This document shows positions 19,399 to 29,725 of a DNA stretch of 64,000 bases, one piece after another. A program made the translations under genes and the position numbers. Source of the stretch: Planctomycetia bacterium (lineage in GTDB: Bacteria; Planctomycetota; Planctomycetia; Pirellulales; JACPPG01). Under the pieces are notes generated by a model. That model was not told the DNA's origin, made no database searches, and saw only the letters and a list, made by a program, of their open reading frames with translations. The DNA lies in contig JACPPG010000023.1 of the NCBI GenBank assembly GCA_016191115.1, positions 69,062 through 133,061 on the forward strand. Reading direction: 5' to 3'. The stretch's first letter is position 1; the number at the start of each line of letters is the position of its first letter.

Positions 19399-20367
19399 AT
19401 GCCTGATGACTTCTACAAGACGTTGGAGGTGGCCCGCGAGGCGTCGCAGGCCGACATCCAAAAGGCTTATCGCCGGCTGGCGCGGAAGTATCATCCGGAC
19501 ATGAATCCAGACGACAAGACCGCCAAGAAGAAGTTCCAGGAGGTGCAGGCCGCTTTCGACGTGCTGAACGACTCCAAGAAGCGCGAGATGTACGACCGCT
19601 ACGGCAGCGCGTTCGAAAGCGCCGCGGGCGCCCAACCGGGCGCGACCTGGCACACGGCCGGCGGCCCCGAGGCCGAGGACTTCGATTTTTCCCAGTTCTT
19701 CGGCGAGCGGTTCGGCGCCGGCGACGCGGGCAGTGCCGGCGGTTTTGCCGATATCTTCGGCCAGTTCGGCCGCGGCCGCGCCGGCACGCAATCGCGCCGC
19801 ACGCGAACGCCGCCGCGCGAGCGCGGCGCCGACGTCGAGCACACCATCGAGATCCCCTTCAACACGGCGATTCTGGGCGGGCAGTCGCAGATCGGCGTGC
19901 GCCGCGCCAGCGGAAAGACCGACACCATCAACGTCAAGATTCCGGCGGGCATCGAGGACGGCAAGAGAATCCGCCTCCGCGGCCAGGGAGAGCCCGGTGT
20001 GAACGACGGTCCGCCGGGCGATATCCTGCTCACGGTCCGCGTGGCGCAGCATCCGTCGTTTCGCCGCCGCGGCGACGACCTGGAGGTTCGCGTGCCGGTG
20101 ACGATGGCCGAGGCGGCCGAAGGCGCCAAGGTCGACGTCCCCGCTCCCAAGGGGACCGTCGCCGTGCGCGTTCCGCCGCGCAGCTCGAGTGGCACGCGGT
20201 TGCGGATCAAGGGGCACGGCGTCGCCCGGGCCGGCAAAACCGCGGGCGACCTGTACGCTGAGCTGTTGATCGTGCTCCCCAAGGGCCTCAGCGACGAGGA
20301 GGTCCAGCAGATTCGCGACATCGACCAGCGGCATCCCTCGAATCCGCGCGCCGATCTGCGATGGTAG
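19399..20367 (+). CDS. cbpA: DnaJ-family co-chaperone without zinc finger (CbpA-like curved-DNA-binding protein)
   Basis: The J domain is [34 protein letters not shown]. It is followed by a G-rich linker and the DnaJ C-terminal domains. No CxxCxGxG repeats are present. Confidence 0.85.
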   Translation: MPDDFYKTLEVAREASQADIQKAYRRLARKYHPDMNPDDKTAKKKFQEVQAAFDVLNDSKKREMYDRYGSAFESAAGAQPGATWHTAGGPEAEDFDFSQFFGERFGAGDAGSAGGFADIFGQFGRGRAGTQSRRTRTPPRERGADVEHTIEIPFNTAILGGQSQIGVRRASGKTDTINVKIPAGIEDGKRIRLRGQGEPGVNDGPPGDILLTVRVAQHPSFRRRGDDLEVRVPVTMAEAAEGAKVDVPAPKGTVAVRVPPRSSSGTRLRIKGHGVARAGKTAGDLYAELLIVLPKGLSDEEVQQIRDIDQRHPSNPRADLRW

Positions 20368-20705
20368 CGACAAGCGTCGGCAAGTCTGTTTGGTCCGTCA
20401 CGGTTGCGATCGTGTGGTCGTTTGTGGCGGGCGCGGCACGCGCGGACGAACCGCGGGCCGAAGGCGCCCCGGCCGATATCGATCCGGTCACCCGTGCCCG
20501 GCTGATGGCGGCGCTATTGGCGATCGTGATATTGGGTATTGGGCTAGTGGTGATGACGATGATGGCGGCGCGCATGGTGCGACGGTGGACGCGCTATACG
20601 CCGCCGCCCTTGGCGCCGCTGCGGAAAAAGGCCCCGCCGCAGCCCCCGCCGGACGAAGAGTTCACGACCAATGACGACGCAAGCGCGGGCGAACAGGCCG
20701 ATTGA
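20361..20705 (+). CDS. small membrane protein (signal peptide + one TM + Pro-rich tail), hypothetical
   Basis: The ATG at 20361 overlaps the cbpA stop. Hydrophobic segments are [20 protein letters not shown] and [23 protein letters not shown]. Confidence 0.5.
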   Translation: MVATSVGKSVWSVTVAIVWSFVAGAARADEPRAEGAPADIDPVTRARLMAALLAIVILGIGLVVMTMMAARMVRRWTRYTPPPLAPLRKKAPPQPPPDEEFTTNDDASAGEQAD

Positions 20706-20709
20706 TTCG

Positions 20710-21072
20710 ATGACCGGGCATGGCCTACCAGCGCGGTATCGATTGCGACGGCAAACCGATTTCGAGCGCGTGTACGCCGGCCGGATATCGATCGGCGACG
20801 GTGTGCTGCGGATCTACGGATTGAAGAGCGAGTGCCCTCATCCGCGGCTGGGGCTGTCCGTGTCGCGGCGCGTGGGTGGCGCGGTCGTGCGTAATCGCTA
20901 CAAGCGGCTGTTGCGTGAAGCATTTCGGCTGGCGCGACAGAACTTGCCGGCGCTGGACCTGGTGGTGATTCCCGCCGGGCGCGGGCGTCCGGACCTGGCC
21001 CAATTTCAGGAGTCGCTCGTCCGCCTGGCCGCGCGCCTGGCCGAGCGCGTCGAGGGGAGCGGCATCGAGTGA
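20710..21072 (+). CDS. rnpA: ribonuclease P protein component
   Basis: LRRQTDFERVY...RLGLSVSRRVGGAVVRNRYKRLLREAFR is the RnpA signature. The start could also be ATG 20671. Confidence 0.88.
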   Translation: MTGHGLPARYRLRRQTDFERVYAGRISIGDGVLRIYGLKSECPHPRLGLSVSRRVGGAVVRNRYKRLLREAFRLARQNLPALDLVVIPAGRGRPDLAQFQESLVRLAARLAERVEGSGIE

Positions 21073-21308
21073 CAGAAATCGTCCGTGCTATCGTTCGTCT
21101 GCCGGGCGAGGCGCTGATTCTCTTGGTGCGCATTTATCAGCTTACGCTCAGCCCCTTGGTCGGCCGTCAGTGCCGCTTCCAGCCCACGTGCAGCCATTAC
21201 TTCATCGGCGCCGTGCGCAAATACGGGGCCGTGAGCGGCAGCCTGCGGGGCATCGGACGCATCTGCCGCTGCCATCCGTTCCATCCGGGCGGCTACGATC
21301 CACCGTAA
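21069..21308 (+). CDS. yidD: membrane protein insertion efficiency factor YidD
   Basis: YQLTLSPLVGRQCRFQPTCSHYFIGAVRKYG...RICRCHPFHPGGYDP. The GTG start overlaps the rnpA stop. Confidence 0.92.
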   Translation: MTEIVRAIVRLPGEALILLVRIYQLTLSPLVGRQCRFQPTCSHYFIGAVRKYGAVSGSLRGIGRICRCHPFHPGGYDPP

Positions 21309-21404
21309 AGAGGCGTGAGGCCAAGGGATACGAAAACCTGCGGAATCTGCGGTATCTGCGGATGAGCATGTGGCTGCTTGCGAAGCCGCGGCCACAAGGT
21401 CGCC

Positions 21405-21434
21405 TTGACACCTTTGGCCGCTCGTCACTATCTT
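21405..21434 (+). promoter_or_regulatory. candidate sigma70 promoter TTGACA-18 nt-TATCTT upstream of the FlgI-like gene
   Basis: TTGACA at 21405-21410 and TATCTT at 21429-21434. It is preceded by three direct CTGCGG repeats at 9-nt spacing (21338-21363). Confidence 0.3.
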
Positions 21435-21557
21435 CCCGCCCCGACTACCTTTCTCTCTTCCCTTCACGAGTGAATTGCCGGCACACGGCTGCGGCAAGCG
21501 ATCGCGCGGCGCGCGAGACGCCTTGCCGTGTGTGCCAGCACATACGCACGGAGTGCG

Positions 21558-23375
21558 ATGGCGATGAGGCCAGCCCACGGGTTGATTGCGATACTGCTGG
21601 CGGTTTCGAGCAGTTGCTCGGGTCCGTTCATACGTTCGCAAAGCCCCGAGGCCACGGATGAAGCCTCGCGCACCAAGCTGGTCGGCGATCTGGCTGTGTC
21701 GTTTGGGCTTCACCCGGTCAAGGTGGAAGGGGTCGCGCTGGTCACGAATCTTCCCGGTACCGGCAGCGATCCCGATCCGTCGAGCGCCCGCGACGAATTG
21801 GTTAGCGAAATGAAGTCCAACGGCGTGGTCAACGCCAATCAGGTCCTGTCATCCACTTCGACGTCGCTCGTTCTAGTGCGAGGCTTCCTGCGGCCTGGCA
21901 TCCAGAAAGGCGATCGATTCGACATCGAAGTTCGCGTGCCCAGCCGTAGCGGAACCACCAGCCTGCAGGGGGGATGGCTGATGCAGACTCGACTGCAGGA
22001 GCTGGCCGTGCTGCAGGGGAGCGTCCGCGAGGGAAGCCTGGTGGCGCTAGCCCAGGGCGCGCTCTTGGTCGATCCGTCGGCCGGCAAGGATAACTCCGTC
22101 GCCGCCGGCCGGGCCCGCGTGCTCGGCGGCGGCGTCGCGCTAAAGTCTCGCCCGCTTGCCCTGGTGCTGAAACCCGACCACCGCAGCGTGGCGGCCAGCG
22201 CCCACGTCGGATCGGCGGTCAATCGCCGCTTCCACACGTTCCAGGTCGGCTTGAAACAGGGCGTCGCCAACCCGAAAGACGACCAGCACGTCGAGCTGAT
22301 CGTGCACCCGCGCTATAAGGACAACGTGGAGCGGTACATGCAGGTGGTGCGGGCGATTCCGATTCGCGAGAGCGCGGCGCAGCAAGTGGCGCGGCTGGGG
22401 GTGCTGGAGCGGCAGCTCTTGGACCCGATCACTTCGGCCGCGGCGGCGCTGCGGCTGGAAGCGATCGGCAAGGAAGCGATCCCCGTGTTGCTCAAGGGGA
22501 CCAAGTCGCCCGATCAGGAGGTCAAGTTCTACGCGGCCGAAGGGCTGGCGTACCTCGACTCGAGCGAGGCCGCGGCGCCCTTGGCCGAGGCCGCTCGCGA
22601 CGTGCCCGCCTTCCGCGCCTATGCCCTGGCGGCGCTATCGGCCATGGACGATTTCGCTGCCTCCGAAGCGCTGCGCGGCCTGCTGGACCTCCCCAGCAAC
22701 GAGACCCGTTACGGCGCCTTCCGCGCGCTGTGGGCCATGAATCCGAAGGACGCGCTGGTGCGCGGCGAGATGCTCGGCGACCAGTTCAGCGTCCACACGA
22801 TCGACTCGATGGGCCCGCCCCTGGTGCATGTCACGCGCAGCTATCGGCCCGAGGTGGTGTTCTTTGGGCAGGACCAGCGGATCGTGACGCCGTTCGTACT
22901 CGAGGCCGGCAAGGACATCATCCTTACCGGCAAGGACGACCGCGTCACGGTCAGCCGCTTCGTGGCCAACGAGCCGGACCAGAAACGCGTCGTCTCCACC
23001 AGAATTGACGAGTGCATTCGGGCGATCGTCGAGTTGGGTGGAACGTATCCCGACGTGGTGGCGGTATTGCAACAGGCGAAGTCAAAAGACGTGCTAGCGA
23101 GCCGTCTGGCAATGGACGCGGTGCCCAGCGGGGGCCGCAGCTACGATCGAGGCAGCTCCGAGTCGAGTGAGGATGCCGAGGCGGACCCGGAAGAAGGTCC
23201 GGCGCGTGACAAGGGTCGTGGCGTGATTGTCGCCAACCCGCTGCCGGGCCTGTTCGACAGCGGCCGCAAGACGTTCGACAAGGCCTCGGACGAGGGCGCC
23301 GATTCGTCCCCCCCGCCGGCCAAGCCCGCCAAAAAGGCCCATGCCGACCGGTCCTGGTTGGGTAGAATGAAGTAG
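21558..23375 (+). CDS. lipoprotein with FlgI (P-ring)-like N-terminal domain and HEAT-repeat C-terminal half
   Basis: The lipobox is MAMRPAHGLIAILLAVSSSC. GVALVTNLPGTGSDP...SLVLVRGFLRPGIQKGDRFDIEVRV...TSLQGGWLMQT...ALAQGALLV parallels the FlgI consensus. PVLLKGTKSPDQEVKFYAAEGLAYL is HEAT-like. Confidence 0.65.
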   Translation: MAMRPAHGLIAILLAVSSSCSGPFIRSQSPEATDEASRTKLVGDLAVSFGLHPVKVEGVALVTNLPGTGSDPDPSSARDELVSEMKSNGVVNANQVLSSTSTSLVLVRGFLRPGIQKGDRFDIEVRVPSRSGTTSLQGGWLMQTRLQELAVLQGSVREGSLVALAQGALLVDPSAGKDNSVAAGRARVLGGGVALKSRPLALVLKPDHRSVAASAHVGSAVNRRFHTFQVGLKQGVANPKDDQHVELIVHPRYKDNVERYMQVVRAIPIRESAAQQVARLGVLERQLLDPITSAAAALRLEAIGKEAIPVLLKGTKSPDQEVKFYAAEGLAYLDSSEAAAPLAEAARDVPAFRAYALAALSAMDDFAASEALRGLLDLPSNETRYGAFRALWAMNPKDALVRGEMLGDQFSVHTIDSMGPPLVHVTRSYRPEVVFFGQDQRIVTPFVLEAGKDIILTGKDDRVTVSRFVANEPDQKRVVSTRIDECIRAIVELGGTYPDVVAVLQQAKSKDVLASRLAMDAVPSGGRSYDRGSSESSEDAEADPEEGPARDKGRGVIVANPLPGLFDSGRKTFDKASDEGADSSPPPAKPAKKAHADRSWLGRMK

Positions 23376-23428
23376 CAGCGCCCAAGGGCGCATCATCCGC
23401 GCTCCTTTTTCTCACCCCCAAGCCGGCC

Positions 23429-26400
23429 ATGCTCAAGGCGCTTGCACTTGTCGGCTTCAAGAGTTTCGCCGACAAGACCCGTTTCGACTTTCCGCCGGGC
23501 ATCACGGCCGTGGTCGGGCCGAACGGGTCGGGCAAGTCGAACGTCGTCGACGCCATCAAATGGGTCCTGGGGGAGCAGAGCGTCAAGAGTCTGCGCGGCA
23601 AGGAAATGGCCGACGTGATCTTCAACGGATCGGCCAGCCGAGCCCCGTTGAACCACGCTGAAACGACGCTCACGCTCGACAATTCCGCCCGCCGGCTGCC
23701 GATCGACACGCACGAAGTACACGTCACGCGCCGCGTGTATCGGAGCGGCGAAGGAGAGTACCTCCTCAATAACCAGCCGTGCCGGCTGCGCGACATCCGC
23801 GAGCTGTTTTCCGGCACGGGCGTGGCCACCGAGGCCTACAGCGTCATCGAGCAGGGGAAAGTCGACGTCCTGCTCCAATCCTCCCCCCGCGACCGGCGCT
23901 TGATCTTCGAGGAGGCGGCGGGCATCAGCCGCTTCAAGGCCAAGAAAATCGAGTCGCTCCGCCGCCTGGAACGCGTCGAGCAGAACTTGCTCCGCCTGGG
24001 AGATATCGTCGCCGAGGTCGAGCACCGCTTGCGGCAGGTGCGCTTGCAGGCCTCGAAGGCCAAGCGGTACCAGGACTACACGGACCGGCTAAAGGCCCTG
24101 CGGACCCACGTTGGCCTGATCGACTGGCGGATGCTGGGCGACCAGTTGCAAGCGCTCGAAGCAGAGATCGCCGGACTGGGCGACGAGCGCGCGCGGTCGA
24201 CCGTTGCCGCGGACCAGGCCGACGCGGCGGCCGCCGAGGACGAGGCCTCGGCCGAGCAAACGAGCGATGCCATTCGCGCGACCGAAGCCCGCGGGGCCCA
24301 CTGCCGCGAGGCGATCGCCACGCGACAATCGACCATCGACCATGAGCACCGCCGCGGCGCCGAGTTGGAAAAAGAGGCCAGCCGACTCCGACGCCAATGG
24401 GCCGCCGTTAGCGTGCGGGTTGGCGGCCTGGAGCAGCAACTGGCCGACACGGCGGAGGACGTGAGCGTAGCGGACGGTGAGCACGCCCGCGCCGCGGCAA
24501 GCGCCGCGCAGATCGGCCGGGAAGCCGCCGCGATCCATGAGCGGTTGACCGAGCTTCGGGCCGCGGCCGAGGAAGCGCGGCAGGCGTGCCTGGCCGAGAT
24601 GCGCCGCGTCGCGCACTGGGAGAGCGAAGCCAGTCGCACGGCGGCGCAACGCGATGCGGCGCGTGCCCGACGCGAGCAGCACGAGCGCAAGCTCGCCGAG
24701 TTGGCGCAGTCGGCCCGGGTGGTCCGCGAGGAGCTTGCGGACCTGGAGCGCGAGGAGTCCACGGTTACGGCCGAATGCGACGAGCAGGGCCGATCGGCCG
24801 CCGCGGCGCAGGGGCTTGTGACCACCTTGCGCGAGGCGCTACGGAAGCAACAGCAGCAGATCGAGCACACGCGCCAGCGGCACGCCGCCGCGCAAGAACG
24901 GGCGGCCGTGCTGGAAGAGCTCGAAAGGCGCCGCGAGGGATTGAGCGAAGCCGTCAAGGACGTTCTCGACCGGGCGCAGGCCGATCCGGGCGGTCCCTTC
25001 GGCCTGGTGCGCGGAGTCGTGGCCGAGCTGCTGCAGGTCAGCGTCGAGATGGCGCCGTTGGTCGAGGCCGCTCTCGGCGAGAGAGCACAGCAGTTGGTGA
25101 TCAACTCGACCGACGAGCTGCTCGAGGCGCTCGCGCGGAAGCCGCAACATTTCGACGGACAGGTGACGTTCACTCCCCTTGACGTGCGGAGCAACCGCCA
25201 GCCCGTGCCGCCCGCGCGCGAGTTGGACCTTCACGGCCGCGCGGGAGTAGTCGGTCGCGCCGATGAGTTCGTCCAGACCTCGCCGCAGTTCGTGCCGCTG
25301 GCCGGCCGGCTATTGGGAAAGACGTGGATCGCGCAGACCCTCGAACAGGCGACGGCTTTGGCCGCGGAACACGCCGGCTTGTGCTTCGTCACTCTTCAGG
25401 GAGACGTTTTGTCGGCTGATGGCAACGTCGCGTTCGGGCCCTGCCAACCGGCGAGCGGCCTGATCTCGCGGCGCAGCGAATGGCGCGATATTTGTCAGCA
25501 GGTGGAACAGTTGACGGCGATGATCGTTCAGCAATCGGCCTCCATCGCCGCGCGTGAGACAGAGATCGCCGAGACCAGGCAATCGCTGGACGCGGTGTCG
25601 CAACAGCGCGATCTGCTGGCGGCCCGTCTGGCCACGCTGCGGCTCCGTGCCGCGGCGACCCGCGAACGGTGCAGCCGAAACGACGAAGAGCACCAGCGCT
25701 TGTTGAGCGAATCGACGGAGACGGCCGCGGCCGTGGAAACGGCAACGGGCGAGTTGGCGCTCGCGCAGGAACGGCTGCAAAGCGCCTCGGCCGAGCTGGT
25801 GAAGCTGGAAACGCGGGCAGCGGCCGTGGCGGCCCAGGCCGGGACGCTCGACGCCGCGCGCGCCTCCGCGGAAACAGCGGCTCTGGCGGCGCGCGTCGAA
25901 GTGGCCAAGAGCGAGGAGCGCCTGGCGAACCTGCGGCTTCGCGCGCGGCAGCTTGAGCAAGATCAGCGCGAGAGGCGGCGAACCGTCGACGACGTCCAGA
26001 GCGAGCTGTCGCAGTGCCTCCGGCGATTGCTCGAATCCGGGCGCGCGATCCTGTCGGCCGAATCGGAGGCGGCCGAACTCTATCTGCACGCGGAACGTTT
26101 CCTGGCTGAGACCGAGGGCCTGACCGGCCAACTGGATAGCCAGCGGGCGGCCCGCGCCGCGCATCTGGCCGAAGCGCAGCATCACCGGGGGGCGGTCCGA
26201 GAACTGGAAGAGCAGGGACACGCGCGGGAGCTGGCAGCACACGAGATTCGCCACGCCCGCGACAGCCTGCAGAGTCGTCTACGGGAGGATTACCAGATCG
26301 AGCTGGCTCAGTGGCGGCCGGCGGGCGACTTCGAGGAGTCGCGCGAGCGCGCCCAGATCGATCAGGAGATCGCCGAGTTGCGGAGGAAAATCGGCCACAT

Positions 26401-27064
26401 CGGCAACGTCAATCTGGATGCGCTCGTGGAATTGGAGGAGCTCGAAGGGCGGTACACGACGCTTTCCGGCCAACACCAGGACTTGACGGCCGCCAAGCAA
26501 TCGCTGGTGGCGATCATTGACCGCATCAACGCCGACAGTCGCCGGCTGTTCTCCGAAACGCTCGAGCGGGTCCGCGACCATTTCCAGGCCTTGTTTCGCA
26601 AGCTGTTCGGCGGAGGGCATGCCGACATCGTGCTGGAAGAGGGGGTCGACCTGCTGGATGCCGGTATCGAGGTCATCGCCCGGCCACCGGGCAAGGAGCC
26701 TCGTAACATTTCCCTGTTGAGCGGCGGCGAAAAGACGTTGACCTGCGTGGCGCTATTGCTGGCAATTTTTCAGTATCGGCCCAGCCCGTTCTGTGTGCTG
26801 GACGAGGTGGACGCGGCCTTGGACGAGGCGAACATCGAGCGGTTCATCGCCGTATTGCAGGAGTTCCTTGCCTGGACGCAGTTTATCGTCGTCACGCACT
26901 CCAAGAAGACCATGACCTGCGCCACCACCCTCTACGGCGTCACCATGCAGGAATCGGGCGTGTCGAAGCGCGTCAGCGTCCGCTTCGAGGACATCAGCGC
27001 CCACGGCGAGATCGACGCCGAGGCCGTGCAGGCCGACGCCCAAGACGAAACCCAGGCGGCTTGA
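23429..27064 (+). CDS. smc: chromosome segregation protein SMC
   Basis: Walker A is FPPGITAVVGPNGSGKSNVVDAIKWVLGEQS. Long coiled coils and a hinge follow. The C-terminus has LSGGEKTLTCVALLLAIF and FCVLDEVDAALD. Confidence 0.97.
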   Translation: MLKALALVGFKSFADKTRFDFPPGITAVVGPNGSGKSNVVDAIKWVLGEQSVKSLRGKEMADVIFNGSASRAPLNHAETTLTLDNSARRLPIDTHEVHVTRRVYRSGEGEYLLNNQPCRLRDIRELFSGTGVATEAYSVIEQGKVDVLLQSSPRDRRLIFEEAAGISRFKAKKIESLRRLERVEQNLLRLGDIVAEVEHRLRQVRLQASKAKRYQDYTDRLKALRTHVGLIDWRMLGDQLQALEAEIAGLGDERARSTVAADQADAAAAEDEASAEQTSDAIRATEARGAHCREAIATRQSTIDHEHRRGAELEKEASRLRRQWAAVSVRVGGLEQQLADTAEDVSVADGEHARAAASAAQIGREAAAIHERLTELRAAAEEARQACLAEMRRVAHWESEASRTAAQRDAARARREQHERKLAELAQSARVVREELADLEREESTVTAECDEQGRSAAAAQGLVTTLREALRKQQQQIEHTRQRHAAAQERAAVLEELERRREGLSEAVKDVLDRAQADPGGPFGLVRGVVAELLQVSVEMAPLVEAALGERAQQLVINSTDELLEALARKPQHFDGQVTFTPLDVRSNRQPVPPARELDLHGRAGVVGRADEFVQTSPQFVPLAGRLLGKTWIAQTLEQATALAAEHAGLCFVTLQGDVLSADGNVAFGPCQPASGLISRRSEWRDICQQVEQLTAMIVQQSASIAARETEIAETRQSLDAVSQQRDLLAARLATLRLRAAATRERCSRNDEEHQRLLSESTETAAAVETATGELALAQERLQSASAELVKLETRAAAVAAQAGTLDAARASAETAALAARVEVAKSEERLANLRLRARQLEQDQRERRRTVDDVQSELSQCLRRLLESGRAILSAESEAAELYLHAERFLAETEGLTGQLDSQRAARAAHLAEAQHHRGAVRELEEQGHARELAAHEIRHARDSLQSRLREDYQIELAQWRPAGDFEESRERAQIDQEIAELRRKIGHIGNVNLDALVELEELEGRYTTLSGQHQDLTAAKQSLVAIIDRINADSRRLFSETLERVRDHFQALFRKLFGGGHADIVLEEGVDLLDAGIEVIARPPGKEPRNISLLSGGEKTLTCVALLLAIFQYRPSPFCVLDEVDAALDEANIERFIAVLQEFLAWTQFIVVTHSKKTMTCATTLYGVTMQESGVSKRVSVRFEDISAHGEIDAEAVQADAQDETQAA

Positions 27065-28051
27065 GGGCCCTGGGGTAGCTTCGCTCTCAGGAATCGATCC
27101 ACCCGAGCCGCTGTCACCGCGCTGCCGGCAGCGCGCCGGCGGCTATCACGAGCGCTACGGGACGGACCCTCTGGCATGGCCGGCCGTGGGCCCGGCGGAA
27201 ATGGAATGGCGCATGTCCCATCGGCGCGGGCGTGAGAACAATATGGCAGCGAGTCGCACGGCTGTGCCTGATGGCAGCTCCTGGGCGGGTTGGCGTGACA
27301 AGCTGGGCGGGTTGCGCTCGGGCGAGCTTCGGGATTTTTTTTCGGCGCCGCGAAGCGCCTGCGGCCGAGAAAGGCCAATCCTGCACACGCGCTTCGGGGC
27401 GCCGATCATATCCGGCGGACCGGACAATCCGGCATGTGCGGCAAGATCGGCAAATGCGGACGGCGCGCAGCGGGCCAGACGAATGGCCCAACTCGCCCGG
27501 GTTTTGCAAACCGAGCGACTTCCGCCGGTGTCAATGGCCGCACGATCGGGGAGGGCGTTACGACTGGAAAAAGTTTTTAAAGTCGCAAGCGGCTTTATCT
27601 CGAAACTTACTTTCGGATAGCTCAACCAAGCACGCACGGCTTCCACCGAGGCCGCCCGCGTCTTGCTTGGGCCGCAGGGGGGACCTGCCACAAGCCACGC
27701 CTCGTCGCTGGCCGCTGGGTCGTTGAAAGACGGCCAGCCGCGCGCCGGCTCCTCCCCATCCGCGTGTTCGCCGCTTGCATTGCGCTTCCAGAGATTGTCC
27801 GTAGTGGCGCGGTCAGGGCACAAGTTCCCTATTTTACGGATTTTCTCTGGCTGCTGAATGCAAAGCATGTCGATAAGAAAACTGTCAGGCGCGGATCAGA
27901 GGGAGCTGAGCCACAGCCAAGCAAAGTGAAACATGTGAAGCCCCGACCCAGATGCTTGCACGCGCGGACGGTCTGGTTGCCCACAGCCGGCAAGAAGGAC
28001 CGAGAGACACGCCGCCTGCGCGCTTGCCAGCAAGGGGCCTAGGCTCTTCCG

Positions 28052-28064
28052 GTGACTAGGTCAC
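28052..28064. promoter_or_regulatory. perfect palindrome GTGAC-TAG-GTCAC ~50 nt upstream of the HTH-REC gene
   Basis: Direct reading. It is flanked by CCG/CGG extensions. Its function is unknown. Confidence 0.25.
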
Positions 28065-28115
28065 TCCGGCGGAGCGAAGTTCCCAAACCATGCGAACGAG
28101 ATTGGAGAGTTTGCG

Positions 28116-28688
<573 letters not shown>

Positions 28689-28901
28689 GGTATCCGCCGG
28701 CCGCCACGCCCCGAGGCCGGTTGCTCGCCGCATGCACACTCCGTCGCGGTTAGACCCCCGCGACGGCTCAGGATCAGAGTGAGGCAGCCGAACGAATCGG
28801 CTCATGGCAAGCTGGGTTTTCCCGGACCCAGCATTGCCCCTCCTTTTTTGGCGTGCACGACTCCGGCGCACGCGACCTCCTGTCGGCATCGCCAACTGCC
28901 C

Positions 28902-29690
28902 TCAGCGACGGCGACCCTTCGGCTGCAGCTCAAACGTTTTCGGCGGCGCTGGCGAGCGTACGATCGTGGGTCGGAAGTACCACGATTCGGCGCGCTGGAC
29001 CCATTGCTCGTTGAGGACGAATTCCTCACCATCCGGAGGGAGGCGGAGGCGCACTCGAACTTTGGTGCCGCCCGACGCACCGCTTTTGGTCCTTGCCACG
29101 ACATCGGATTCGATCCCAGGACTCTCAGCAGGCACTTCCTTCGGCAAATCCTTGCCGTGCGCGAGCCATATCCGCAAGGCGCGATGCTGCGACGGGTCGG
29201 TCAATTGGACGAGTAAGGTCATGTCGCGGCGCGCGACCGCTTCGGCCAGCAACGTCGCGCGTTCGTCCAAGGAGTCGGGGAGCCGCGCAGCGGACACGGC
29301 GACCGGAGGGCGTGAGAGCCGACCGGTGCCCCACAGGATGCCGACGAGCATGACCACCGCGGCGAGGCTCAGTCGCCCCGTCCAACTCGTCAGTATGTGA
29401 ACGCCAACGTCGCGCAGCCGGTCGGCGACGCCGGGCGCCCTCTCGATCACGGCCTCATGTCTTCGCCACTCGGACGAACCTGTGCGGACCGCGACCAAGA
29501 TGCGTTCACACTCCTGCTGCTCGACTTCAACGAGTCCGTTCGGCTCGACGCGATAGACAGTCCAGCAGCCACGGCAAATGAGCCTACGGTCGAGGTGCTC
29601 CCAGGCGACGAGACCCTCCGACGCGCACTTCGGACAAACGAGCGCCAACTCCATGGCGGAGTAGCGGTCAGCGTCTGACGGGATGCACAT
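28902..29690 (-). CDS. zinc-ribbon membrane protein, hypothetical
   Basis: Trimmed to ATG 29690 (or 29654). The motifs are CPKC...CRGC, then the TM segment LSLAAVVMLVGILWGTG, then a ~140-aa C-terminal domain. It lies 35 nt downstream of the DUF1559 gene. Confidence 0.6.
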   Translation of the reverse strand: MCIPSDADRYSAMELALVCPKCASEGLVAWEHLDRRLICRGCWTVYRVEPNGLVEVEQQECERILVAVRTGSSEWRRHEAVIERAPGVADRLRDVGVHILTSWTGRLSLAAVVMLVGILWGTGRLSRPPVAVSAARLPDSLDERATLLAEAVARRDMTLLVQLTDPSQHRALRIWLAHGKDLPKEVPAESPGIESDVVARTKSGASGGTKVRVRLRLPPDGEEFVLNEQWVQRAESWYFRPTIVRSPAPPKTFELQPKGRRR

Positions 29691-29725
29691 CCGAAGTCCT
29701 TTGAGCGCTATCCGTTGCCGTACCC

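Noticed and set aside
27155-27868. 237-aa ORF on the minus strand in the smc / HTH-REC gap
   Set aside because: I recognise no motif. The translation is rich in Arg/Ser/Pro/Ala, includes rare codons (ATA, TTA, AGT, GTA) and has no RBS. It is kept only as part of the 'unexplained 1 kb' finding.
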